This document shows, in pieces, positions 1 to 14,000 of a DNA stretch of 60,188 nucleotides (positions are counted from its first letter, which is position 1; each line of letters begins with the position of its first letter). The notes under the pieces are model-generated. The model was not told the origin of the DNA, did not search any database, and saw only the letters and a list, made by a program, of their open reading frames with translations. The stretch is from IMG/VR virus record IMGVR_UViG_3300025108_000004, positions 1 to 60,188 of that record. One strand, 5' to 3'. The translations under genes and the position numbers were made by a program. Origin of the DNA: a virus. Taxonomy: Duplodnaviria > Caudoviricetes.

Positions 1-4345
<4,345 letters not shown>

Positions 4346-4359
4346 ACGATACCCAGCCG

Positions 4360-4980
4360 TTATGTGTTACTAACAAATGTTACCGCAACCGATGCGGATG
4401 TAACAGCGGGGCGAGGTGAGGAAGCGGCACTTGCGCTAAGTGTAGCGTTTACATTATCCGTAGCCCAAAATATTTCCATATAATCGTTAGCGGAAAGCGC
4501 TAATGAACTGTTCCAATTGGCTATGTCTTTGTTACCAGACCCTGAAATAACGTATTCGTGTGCGCTGTTAATCTGTGCCGTGCCGTTTATTGCCAACCAA
4601 ATAGACACAGTTTTAGAGGAACTGTTTGTAGACTCAAGTTGCAGTGTTGTTTTTACGTGGTACACCCCATCGTTACTAACAGTAAGGCGAGAGTTACTTG
4701 CAACAGTAACTGCACTACTAGCGCGTGTCGTATTAAACGTAACTGCATAACCTGTATTGGGGTTTGCCGCTGTTTGGTCTACGGTGCTGTAAAAAACACC
4801 GTACGGAAAATGAAGAAACTTGCCACCGCCTTCAGTGCTGACTAAGTTATCAAACGCGTTTATAAGGCGTGTAAAGAACAGCCGCAGAACATTGCTGTTC
4901 TGGTCCATAAACGGGCGGTCGTAAGTCTCGGTTGCAAGAGGCAACGCTGGAGGAGCAGGACGCTCTAATTCGTTAGCCAT
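4360..4980 (-). CDS. Putative tail-associated protein with a C1q-like beta-sandwich C-terminus
   Basis: 206-aa ORF directly after the nozzle-like gene. VTFNT...[13 protein letters not shown]...NDYMEIFW resembles a C1q/TNF-like fold. Confidence 0.5.
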   Translation of the reverse strand: MANELERPAPPALPLATETYDRPFMDQNSNVLRLFFTRLINAFDNLVSTEGGGKFLHFPYGVFYSTVDQTAANPNTGYAVTFNTTRASSAVTVASNSRLTVSNDGVYHVKTTLQLESTNSSSKTVSIWLAINGTAQINSAHEYVISGSGNKDIANWNSSLALSANDYMEIFWATDNVNATLSASAASSPRPAVTSASVAVTFVSNT

Positions 4981-6848
4981 CAGCGCCTCCCGTCAGGGCG
5001 CATGTCCACTCGTGGTGAACCTAATTGCCATCGAACTCCAAGAGAATCTGATTCAACTTTGATAGACATCTGACGGCCACGCACGCGTGTGTTTACCTGC
5101 CCTGTAAACTTCTCAATAGGCACTGTAGCCGTACGTGTTACCGTACCAGAGTTGGACCCTCCCTCAGATGTAGGACTGTTGTAACCCGAACCAGAGTTAG
5201 CCAACGGCAACAGGCTCATAGTGGCATGGGGATCGTCCGTCGTAGAGCCATCAAATGTCATATCCGGCATCAAGCGCCAAATAAACGCAAACCGATCACC
5301 GTCGTCTATATCAAACTGCCCAGACGTGATGGACGCTGAAATCGGCACAGGGGTGCCTGTCTCGTTGTCGTCGGTGCCAAACTCGTGGTTGGTCAAGTTG
5401 TATGTGTATGAAGCCGCTAGTGGGTAGTCACGCAGTCCAGAATCAAGCCAAGCTGTACGCGCCATCGTGCCGTAGTACCACGTTTTTTCGAGGTAGTTGT
5501 AGACAACATATCGGTCAATTGTTTGGCTGTTTTGCGAACAGTAGAACCACCATATCTCGTGGAACGCTTCGTTTGTACCTGCAAATACTTGGTCGTACTG
5601 CAACTCGTTGAAGTCGTTAAATACAAACCGCCGAACGTCACAAGGTAGCGTTTGCGTACGTCCATCGTAGGAATAGAACTTGTCTTTGCCCATCCAATAG
5701 GCAACGCCACCAGAAAACCCAACCGCGTTTTGAGAGGCAATAGAGATATTGTCGCCTACCAACTGCACGCCCCAAACAATCGGAGCGCCTTGGTATTGAA
5801 GCGAATACACAGAAGAATCAGTCCAAACGAGCACCTCTTGGCGTGACTGTTTGGCCGTTACGATTTCTGTGCCTTTGGATAGTCGTAGGTCACCTGCTTG
5901 GTTTGTAGCCGCTGGCGTCCAATTTGCAGGGTCTTCTTGATCAGACCACCGAATCAGCATAGGGTCGAACGTTGCAGAGCCCAGCGAGTTTGAACCGAAA
6001 CAAAAGACAAACCGGCTAACGTCAGATACAAGAATAAAGTTTTGTTTGGTGGGTACATTCGACGCACCTGATAGCGTGTTTAGGTATACAGCCCGAGTCT
6101 CTACGCCGTTGGTTGCATCCCAGTAGAAGATATCACCACCTCGCGGTCCAAATATTAGGTCTTCACCAAAGTTGGACTGACTCCAAAGACGAATAGCTTC
6201 GGTAGAAATGCCACCTGTGCCCCATACACCGGCACCCCATGTACCACCGCCCCAACCGGAAAGAGGCACTTCGTAAGGCTCACCTGTACGTATCTGATAC
6301 GCACCAACCACTGAAGACCCGCCGTTACCTGTGTCGGACGCATTGGCTGTAGCTGTAGCTGTTATGGTGTAGGAGTTAGCGTCGAGTACAGTAACAACCT
6401 GATATTCGGCATTTAACACATTGGCAGTAATGTTACCACCTAGTGTTACTGCGCCACTAAACGTAACAAAGTCTCCTTCACGTGCACCGTGACCGGCATC
6501 AGTGATTGTCAGTGTGGCTGAACCGTTAGTAGCCGCAAAGGTCACAGCACCGGCGGCGGTGGTCTCTCGAATCGGCGTAATATCGTTGTAGCCGCCACCC
6601 TGCTCTAGATAGAACTTAAGGTGCGTACCTACGCCAATGAGGTTGATGCTCCCAAGGGTTATCCAGTTAGATAAAGAGCGACATACGCCCTGAAAGGTAG
6701 ACACGGAAATACGTTCCCACCCACCAATCTTCTCGGGATACCCTTGCCGAAACCGCACTTTGTCGCACTCGTACCAACCAGCTTCGTTGGTGTACCGTGT
6801 TACTTCACGATTGATTCCCGGCTTGAAAGCTAATTTTTTTAACGCCAT
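4980..6848 (-). CDS. Putative tail tubular/nozzle (DNA stabilisation) protein
   Basis: 622-aa beta-rich protein (IRWSDQED, VWTDSSVY, YWMGKDKFY). Size and position before the ejection-like genes match P22 gp10/T7 gp12-type proteins. Confidence 0.65.
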   Translation of the reverse strand: MALKKLAFKPGINREVTRYTNEAGWYECDKVRFRQGYPEKIGGWERISVSTFQGVCRSLSNWITLGSINLIGVGTHLKFYLEQGGGYNDITPIRETTAAGAVTFAATNGSATLTITDAGHGAREGDFVTFSGAVTLGGNITANVLNAEYQVVTVLDANSYTITATATANASDTGNGGSSVVGAYQIRTGEPYEVPLSGWGGGTWGAGVWGTGGISTEAIRLWSQSNFGEDLIFGPRGGDIFYWDATNGVETRAVYLNTLSGASNVPTKQNFILVSDVSRFVFCFGSNSLGSATFDPMLIRWSDQEDPANWTPAATNQAGDLRLSKGTEIVTAKQSRQEVLVWTDSSVYSLQYQGAPIVWGVQLVGDNISIASQNAVGFSGGVAYWMGKDKFYSYDGRTQTLPCDVRRFVFNDFNELQYDQVFAGTNEAFHEIWWFYCSQNSQTIDRYVVYNYLEKTWYYGTMARTAWLDSGLRDYPLAASYTYNLTNHEFGTDDNETGTPVPISASITSGQFDIDDGDRFAFIWRLMPDMTFDGSTTDDPHATMSLLPLANSGSGYNSPTSEGGSNSGTVTRTATVPIEKFTGQVNTRVRGRQMSIKVESDSLGVRWQLGSPRVDMRPDGRR

Positions 6849-6855
6849 ATCGCAC

Positions 6856-7065
6856 CTATAGAGTGTCGCCGAATACCGGTGGCAACGTGGTTACTTGTAT
6901 AGATACGCTCTCTTTTAAGTTAAGAGGTTGACCACAATCTGAACAAGTGTCGGCTTCTAACTCGGCTTCGTCAAGGTCGTAGCCACAATGTGCACAAACA
7001 ACTTCTACTGTGTGTGTTGGTTCGGTATTTCCATCTACGTCACGAGCTTCTACAGTATTACGCAT
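6856..7065 (-). CDS. Small zinc-ribbon protein
   Basis: CAHC...CSDC pair in 69 aa; overlaps the endolysin stop region. Confidence 0.65.
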   Translation of the reverse strand: MRNTVEARDVDGNTEPTHTVEVVCAHCGYDLDEAELEADTCSDCGQPLNLKESVSIQVTTLPPVFGDTL

Positions 7066-7489
7066 ACCCTTCTCCGTACCGACCTGTACGGATCATTTCA
7101 CAAACTTCGTCCGCACGTGATCCTACTTGTTTAGCCCAGCGTGAATCATAAAATTCGTCGGCGGCTTTCGGGTAATCTCCTGCTTCCATTGCCGCTAGAG
7201 CGTTCTTGAAACCCAGCAGGCGCGTCATACCTAGATTGAAACACAAGTTGATAATCGCGTCCTGACGTACCGAATCGAGGTCCACAAACCAAGGTAGTGC
7301 AATCAGCTCTTGCTTACATCTTTTGATGTCATTCTCAAGGAGGTAGTCGATCTCATCGTCAGACAAGCCAAGACCGCCGTTCTCGTCTATGTTTCTACCC
7401 ACGCCCACAGTGATCATATTTGCACTGCACTTATACGCATGAGTGCGAACACCTTCGTGCCGCTTTAATTGCTTTACCAGCTTATTCAT
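7058..7489 (-). CDS. Endolysin, T4-lysozyme-like (GH24)
   Basis: LKRHEG...YKCS...TVGVGRN catalytic region, NLCFNLG and SRWAKQVGSRA motifs. Confidence 0.9.
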   Translation of the reverse strand: MNKLVKQLKRHEGVRTHAYKCSANMITVGVGRNIDENGGLGLSDDEIDYLLENDIKRCKQELIALPWFVDLDSVRQDAIINLCFNLGMTRLLGFKNALAAMEAGDYPKAADEFYDSRWAKQVGSRADEVCEMIRTGRYGEGYA

Positions 7490-7492
7490 GCG

Positions 7493-7966
7493 CTATCCTT
7501 TATTCTGACTCGACCCAAAATAGAAGCTCACTACTGCGCTGACTAGGCCACCTAGGTAACCCATCACGAGATTCGTTAATTCCATAGAATTTTGTTCTGG
7601 TGGTAAGAGCGTAATTAGGCCAACGTACCCACAAAAGAAAAGCACCATGATTAAACCGATAACACGTGCAGTCCAATCTTTAGAAAAGTTTTTTCTGGCA
7701 TCCTGAGTATCAGCGGTTTCTAACGCAAAGACGTCTACTTCTAGTTCTTTCATGCGAACTTCAAAGTCTAATTCTGCTTTCTTAATTTCAGCTAACTGCT
7801 CTGGTGTTGCTTGCGCCAGTGCCTTTTCAATCTTGGCTGGAGCGGGGTCACAACCTAAAACATCCGCAAGCATCGATGCCGCCGCACCACCTACAGGGCC
7901 ACCCAGAGCGGCTCCAAGGGTGGGGGCAAGAGAGCCCACTAAACCTTTTACCTTATCGAAGTTCAT
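7493..7966 (-). CDS. Putative holin-like membrane protein
   Basis: Gly/Ala-rich N-terminus and two C-terminal hydrophobic helices ending VVSFYFGSS; adjacent to the endolysin. Confidence 0.65.
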   Translation of the reverse strand: MNFDKVKGLVGSLAPTLGAALGGPVGGAAASMLADVLGCDPAPAKIEKALAQATPEQLAEIKKAELDFEVRMKELEVDVFALETADTQDARKNFSKDWTARVIGLIMVLFFCGYVGLITLLPPEQNSMELTNLVMGYLGGLVSAVVSFYFGSSQNKG

Positions 7967-8172
7967 CCTAAATACTCCAGACCTTTTAGTAGGCTGACCA
8001 CGAGAACCGTGTTGCCCCAGATCATACGTTCGAGGCGCTTAAATTGTCCGCCGCCGTCATCAAGGCGTTTCTCAATTCGGTCGAGCCTATCGTCTATAGA
8101 CTTACGAAGCACCTCGCACTCAGCTTGGTGTATTTCAATTCTTTTTAATGCTTCTTGTGCTGTGTCCATCAA
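7963..8172 (-). CDS. Small coiled-coil protein with a hydrophobic C-terminus (lysis-cassette accessory)
   Basis: 69 aa with 4-bp overlaps to both neighbours. Confidence 0.55.
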   Translation of the reverse strand: MMDTAQEALKRIEIHQAECEVLRKSIDDRLDRIEKRLDDGGGQFKRLERMIWGNTVLVVSLLKGLEYLG

Positions 8173-8702
8173 TTACCACCTAGCGGGTTTGTTGCATCGA
8201 TGGCCGTCCATAAGTCATCCATGTCACGTTCATACCTAGAAATTCGATCATCTATTGTTGAAAGAGCGTCTAGTTTACCAGTTACGCGTAATTCTGTTTC
8301 AGATGACGTTTTCTCTACTGTACTGATACGATCACGTAAGTCCAGTAGCTCTTGCTGTGCATCCATAATTTGCACGAGGTTCGCGCCAAGTTCTGCTAGC
8401 TTACCTTGCAGATTTTCAACGTCTGCCGCAGTCATGGCTTGCTCCATATTCGACAGTTTCACGTCCATCGCCTGCAATCGAGTAGTATTTGATTCTCTAA
8501 GGTCATCAAAGCGTGTAGCCAAACCTTCTGCTTGCGTGGTAGCGGCAATAACCGCTTCGCTTTGCTCGTTAAGCTGAGAAAAGAACTGAGATGCCGCCCA
8601 GATTCCGCCCCCAATTGTTGAGCCAAAAGTGAACACAATAGCGATCCAAACGCCCTTAATAGACGTCCCGCCGACATTAACTTCTAAATCTTCAAGGGCC
8701 AC
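8169..8702 (-). CDS. Membrane-anchored coiled-coil protein
   Basis: N-terminal hydrophobic segment (VWIAIVFTFGSTIGGGIWAAS) followed by a heptad-like region. Confidence 0.65.
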   Translation of the reverse strand: MALEDLEVNVGGTSIKGVWIAIVFTFGSTIGGGIWAASQFFSQLNEQSEAVIAATTQAEGLATRFDDLRESNTTRLQAMDVKLSNMEQAMTAADVENLQGKLAELGANLVQIMDAQQELLDLRDRISTVEKTSSETELRVTGKLDALSTIDDRISRYERDMDDLWTAIDATNPLGGN

Positions 8703-9534
8703 CGCTCAAGCACTCCTCTTGATTTTCCGCGAAATAACAACCACCTTCCGGGCTCGTAGTCCAAAATTCCTGTGTCTCAGCACGTGTTAACACGTCTTCT
8801 GCGGCAACAAAGTAGTTACCTACTTGCAAACCTTGGATGGTACTACCGCCATCAAACGACACCCAAACGGCTTGTGTGTTTAAGTCAAAGAAAACAGACG
8901 CGGCCTCCTCAAAGGTTACGTTGTACTCTCTAGCCATATTATCTGCTTGATTCAGTAAGTTTTCATCGTTAGCAACTGCCATGTATGCGGCGGCTACCTG
9001 TATTGCTTGTTCAGTATTAGACAACGCATCGTTATACGCCTCTATCTCTTGATCTTGCAGGGTTACATCGTTAGCGCCCATAAACTCCTGAAGAGCCATA
9101 GCCTCTCGTTCATCCGGTGCAGACTGCGCGTCTTGCGCCATCTCGTTAACAGTCGCAACCATAATAATCTGCTGTGCCGCATCGACATAGGCGTCGATCA
9201 TTTCTGACACCTGATCCATAGCTTGGTCGGCTTGGTCTTGAAAGTATTGATCCGCATTGGGGTCGTAAGAGTAAGTAGCCGCTTGAACTGCGGCAACGGC
9301 TTGGTTGTAGGCGTCTTGTTGGCTCTTACTGATGTAACCGTTCTCGGCCATAGCTGGAGCGATGTAACCTTCTCCAGCGTAAGATTCACCTCCTGCAATC
9401 GTCTTGATGCCGTAAGCGAAGGTGTCACGAATGCTTTGAGAGGTGTCAACTAAATCGTCAATCTCGGTTGCGTTTAGTTGAACGGAAGCGCTCGCTAAGG
9501 CTACCACTATTAGACTCTTGCTCGCCGCTGTCAT
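8692..9534 (-). CDS. Putative exported acidic helical protein
   Basis: Signal-peptide-like N-terminus (KSLIVVALASASVQLNA); Q/A/D/E-rich; C-terminal Cys pair. Confidence 0.65.
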   Translation of the reverse strand: MTAASKSLIVVALASASVQLNATEIDDLVDTSQSIRDTFAYGIKTIAGGESYAGEGYIAPAMAENGYISKSQQDAYNQAVAAVQAATYSYDPNADQYFQDQADQAMDQVSEMIDAYVDAAQQIIMVATVNEMAQDAQSAPDEREAMALQEFMGANDVTLQDQEIEAYNDALSNTEQAIQVAAAYMAVANDENLLNQADNMAREYNVTFEEAASVFFDLNTQAVWVSFDGGSTIQGLQVGNYFVAAEDVLTRAETQEFWTTSPEGGCYFAENQEECLSGGP

Positions 9535-10165
9535 CGCCCCCTCCGGCTAAAAGCTCATCGTAAAAAGCCTTGTCCTCTTCATAGTCAGGAATCCACATAT
9601 CTGGATTCTGTTTGATCGCTAGTATGGCGGTTTTACCCACGAGTAATCTGCCAGACCGAATAATTGGGCATGGAGTTGCGCTCATAAACATGGCTCTCCA
9701 TACCTGAGCATTCTGGCACATCAAACTGACAGAGGCCACTTTCATGCCCATATTTGACAGGGTAATGGCGTTTAGACGGCGGTTACACTCAGGATCTTGT
9801 ACGTATTTACCAGACGATATACCTACAGAAACTAACTGTAAGCCACCTGATATCGACTTAAGACATGACTGTTGCCCTGTACTCATGAGAGAAGGTGCTA
9901 CAGCAGTATTTGCAGGCATAGAGCGACTACCCGCACCGTTATACGTTTTGCTGACGTTGTTGTTGTTTGAGTTCGACGTGTTTAGGTCGCCCTCAATATT
10001 AGTGTCATCTCCACCACCATCGAAATCCGGCTCGTACTCACCATCGTCCCTTACTGGAGCTGGGTCAACGTCGGGAACTGGATCGATGTTGGGGGTGTCC
10101 TGCCCGAAGGCAGAACTTGAGAGACTAATCAGCAGAGTCAGCAGACACTTCTTCGTAATCCTCAT
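9458..10165 (-). CDS. Putative exported Cys-containing protein
   Basis: Signal-peptide-like KKCLLTLLISLSSSAFG and four spaced Cys (QSC, PEC, LMC, TPCP). The start is uncertain (10165 or 10180). Confidence 0.65.
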   Translation of the reverse strand: MRITKKCLLTLLISLSSSAFGQDTPNIDPVPDVDPAPVRDDGEYEPDFDGGGDDTNIEGDLNTSNSNNNNVSKTYNGAGSRSMPANTAVAPSLMSTGQQSCLKSISGGLQLVSVGISSGKYVQDPECNRRLNAITLSNMGMKVASVSLMCQNAQVWRAMFMSATPCPIIRSGRLLVGKTAILAIKQNPDMWIPDYEEDKAFYDELLAGGGDDSGEQESNSGSLSERFRSTKRNRD

Positions 10166-10379
10166 CGGTGATCTCCTCACTTTGGTCCAGTGATTGAGCC
10201 AAAAGATTTACGAAGGCTTCTCTACCTACGGCCAATTGGTCCACGTTAAAACGCGCACTGGATAACTTGCGATCAAGATCGTTGATGTGGTTGACCATCG
10301 CTTGTTGTTGCGGGGTCATATCTTCAAGGATGTACTCTTTGTCGTTCACGGTGATTGGGGTCTTTTCATTTTTTCCCAT
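10125..10379 (-). CDS. Hypothetical protein
   Basis: 84-aa ORF with an AGGAG RBS upstream. Confidence 0.7.
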   Translation of the reverse strand: MGKNEKTPITVNDKEYILEDMTPQQQAMVNHINDLDRKLSSARFNVDQLAVGREAFVNLLAQSLDQSEEITDEDYEEVSADSAD

Positions 10380-10408
10380 CGTCGTTACTCCTAGTTGTGG
10401 TTAATTAA

Positions 10409-10735
10409 TTACCAAGGCGTGCCAGATGCCTCAGTTGGATTAATCTGAGCGTTGATATTGTCTTGCAGAGCCGCTTCTGTTGCGTCCTGATCAACACCAT
10501 TTGCCCAAATCCAGCCTTCTGCCTGCGACTCAGTTACATCATCATAGGGCGTGAAATCAGAACTAGAGGCATCGTAGGTCAAACCTACCGTGCCGTAGCT
10601 TGAAGCTGTGTAAGTCACAGCGTCGTCACCAGATCCTTCTGTTTGCTCCGCGTTACAACGCCAATGAACGATATTGATGCCGCCATCAGCAATAACGTGT
10701 TCTACGGTAGGGATGGTCCATGTGAATGTAGCCAT
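10409..10735 (-). CDS. Small acidic tail-fibre-associated protein
   Basis: 108 aa ending GTPW, AAGGAG RBS, downstream of the tail fibre gene. Confidence 0.6.
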   Translation of the reverse strand: MATFTWTIPTVEHVIADGGINIVHWRCNAEQTEGSGDDAVTYTASSYGTVGLTYDASSSDFTPYDDVTESQAEGWIWANGVDQDATEAALQDNINAQINPTEASGTPW

Positions 10736-10746
10736 TAGTTTTCTCC

Positions 10747-10971
10747 TTAGCTAAATACTGCGTTGCAGATAGCCTGCACGTTAGAGGGTTCAGATGACCA
10801 GTCGTCACCTGACTGAATTACATGACGGTGATACGACTGTGAAATTACAGCACCGTCCTCGAGTACACGAGTAGCAGTCCGTACTTGGACAACCTGAGTA
10901 GCGTTACCATCCTCATCTTGTCCTTGAACTACTTCAATTTTGTCTGCTGTTACGCTTTTAGTTAATGCCAT
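10747..10971 (-). CDS. Putative tail-fibre assembly chaperone
   Basis: 74 aa directly after the fibre gene (QVRTAT...SYHRHVI...VQAICNAV); AAGGAG RBS. Confidence 0.55.
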   Translation of the reverse strand: MALTKSVTADKIEVVQGQDEDGNATQVVQVRTATRVLEDGAVISQSYHRHVIQSGDDWSSEPSNVQAICNAVFS

Positions 10972-11014
10972 GGTCTTTCTCCTTTAGTCCGTCTCAAGAA
11001 TCCACTTGAGATAA

Positions 11015-14000
11015 TTAAGATACTTCGTATGTGCCAGAAATCATTAATCCCCTATTGCCTGTTCCTGCGTATGGTTTGCCATTCGTTGTATAATCATTAA
11101 TTGCAATTATGTTATTTGATCCATTATTAAAATAACCGCCATTAGATTCAATTAAATCTCCGTGCTTGAAAACTGCTGGCGTGTATCCAGTCGCTACGTT
11201 AAAAGGCAATCCTCCTATCTGAGCATCTCCTGAACCAACATTTGTAATATTAGCCACTATGTACGCCTGTACATGAACCGTTCGACCAACTTTTGTATAA
11301 GTGGCGCCATGTATAGTTAACGAAGAAGTTGTTGGGTTCGTTGTACTTGCTAAAAGCGTAGGAGTCCACGTCCCTTCTTCATAGTCATCCAGATTCTGTG
11401 CCGCCGCACCAGTGGTTCCGAACTGAACACCGCCTGACAGGTAAAGGTCTCTGAAGCGTCCACCTGAGCTTTGCCCTAAATCAATGGCGGCATCTCTTGG
11501 TGCTCCTGCGGAATCACAAGGTAGTATTCGACTAAAATCTCCCAAGAAACAAAAACCTGTGGAGTCATTAACCATGTACAGGCGTTCACCGCCGTTGCTA
11601 CTACCAATACTACCGACTTTTGTCGTCGTGTCCTTGTAAAACGCAACAATGTCCCCATCAGAGGTTAATCTATTAATCTCAACCCCAGCCGCACCATCAA
11701 CGACGAACTGTCCACCTCCATCAGGAGTTAAACGGCTACCTGCTGTGCTAAAAGAAGTACCAGTTTTTCCAACCAGCAAGTTGCCGCTAGAGTCCAGTGT
11801 CATTTGAGGTGAGTCACTTTCATAACCAGAACGACCCGCGGCAAAGTTCAGGTTTTGCGCCCCGTTAGTGGAAGTTGTCTTGCCCCACATCCCAACAAAG
11901 TGGTCTTCATTTCCATCAGTGTCGCTGTTGCCAATTAGAAAAGCACCGCATTTGTCACCGACAGCTACAGAGGAATCTTCTCTAAAAGCAATAATTTCTG
12001 AGCCTGTTGGGCTACTGCTTACAAGTTGCTTACCAAGTAAAACACCTGTCGGAACGCCAGTAATTCCGTGTAGCAAGTTGCCAGATGAGTCGATACGCAT
12101 GGCTTCAGACCAACTAATTGTTGCATCTGCTGTGCCTGATGCGGCATTTAAAAAACTAATTACCCCTGCTGACTGCGAAATAACGCTTGCTTCATCTGAT
12201 ACGATGTATTTCCACGCTCCGTCATAATAAGAATTAGCAGTTAAATACATTTCAGAGGTGCCGCCAGAATGACGACCAATTAACGCGGTGTTTCCAACTT
12301 GCAGTGCCCTATAAAGTTCTTGGTAAGACTCGGGTACAACGCCAATACCCACATTACCGCTAGCGTCGATGCGCATGCGTTCTGTGTCGTTAGTAGCAAA
12401 CCGCATATAGCTATCTGCACTATTCCAAATATCAGCACCAGAAGTTCCGCCTTTTTGATGCAAGTAAAGTCGGCTTGTTCCATCAGTTAGATTTAGAAGT
12501 GCGTTGCTACTTCCTTCTACCTGAACAACCGTTCTACCTGATGACGTTAAATCAATACTGCTAGTACCAATACCAACATTCCCTGATGAGTCGATAGCTA
12601 GGCGTGACTCAGTAGTAGACCCTACTAAAAAGTTTAGAGTGCCTGAAGAGCCACCAATACGTGCTATTTCAGAGTTGCTTTCCCATATTTGAATAGCGTT
12701 GTCTGTTGTACCGCCTTTGAACATGGCAGTACCGCTAGAGTCGATGCGCATGCGTTCTGTGGCGGCTGTTACAAATCTTAAGTAATCTGAATCATGAAAA
12801 TAATTTATCTGTCCTCTGTATGGGTCTGAACCAGTTGTCCCGTCTGCAAAATAAATATTCCCTCTATTGGCGGCTCCAGAGTAAATAGTCATTCCTTCAT
12901 CGCCTGAGCCAGAACCTACTACAAGATTTTCTGCTCCAGCTTGTAAAGAACTAGGCGAACTAGTCCCCAGACCTACCCGACCCGCTGAGTCGATGCGCAT
13001 GCGTTCTGAGCCGGCAATTTTAAAACGTAAATCAGCAGTAGTTCCTGCATTGCCTGAGCAATAACTTGTAATACTAGCCATGTTGCTATTTGGGTTTGTG
13101 CTATCTAATCCCACCCACTGCAATCCACCTAAGGGTTGATTTGCAACTAATGTTGTGTCTGTATTAACGATGTTAAAATATTTAGCACCAGCGGGGTCAA
13201 CATTTGTGCCTCCGAATCGTAACTCTATGTTGCCGTTTACTTGGAGTATACCCGCATCAACATTTGTTAAAGGGGCGCTTGATGACGGAGTTAAACCTAT
13301 CCCAACCCTGCCGCTAGAGTCGATGCGCATGCGTTCTGCGGCGGCTGTGCCAATAGCTAATGAATCAGAAGAGTGTACATAATCAAAGTACCCTCTGAAT
13401 CTTGCCGCACTTGCTCCATCTCCAAAATAGATAGACGAAGTTCCAGTAGTGCTGGCTCCAATTGTAATAATTGAGTTAGAGCCTGACCCTAATGTACCCA
13501 CTGAAAGGATATCTGTTGGACTGTCAGTGCCGATACCAACGTTTCCGCTAGAGTCGATAACCATTGTTTCTGTGCCGTTAGGCAAAAACGATAACCGTTG
13601 CCCTCTTGCGCCTATTAATGCACCACTTGCGGCACTGTTTTCAAATTCTATATATGAAAGTGCAGAGCCTGTGTTTTCAAATTTAGATGTAATTGCATCA
13701 CCAAAAGAACCTGAAACATGAAGTGCTTCTTCAGGACTGCTAGTGCCGATACCCAACGACTCCGCAGAAGCATCCCAATAAAACTTTGCGGTCGTACCCG
13801 TGTCCTCAAACAAAGACACGTCGCCGTTATTAGCAACACGTAAACGCGCTGTGTCTGAACTGCTTTCAGTAATATAAAAATCACCAGAGCCGTTATTATT
13901 GCTATCTATTCTAATAACTGCGTGATTATCACTATCTAGCAGTAAGCTATTAGTAAGAGTTGCGCTATTAGAAGTAGTCGCATCAATAGTGTCTAGTCTT

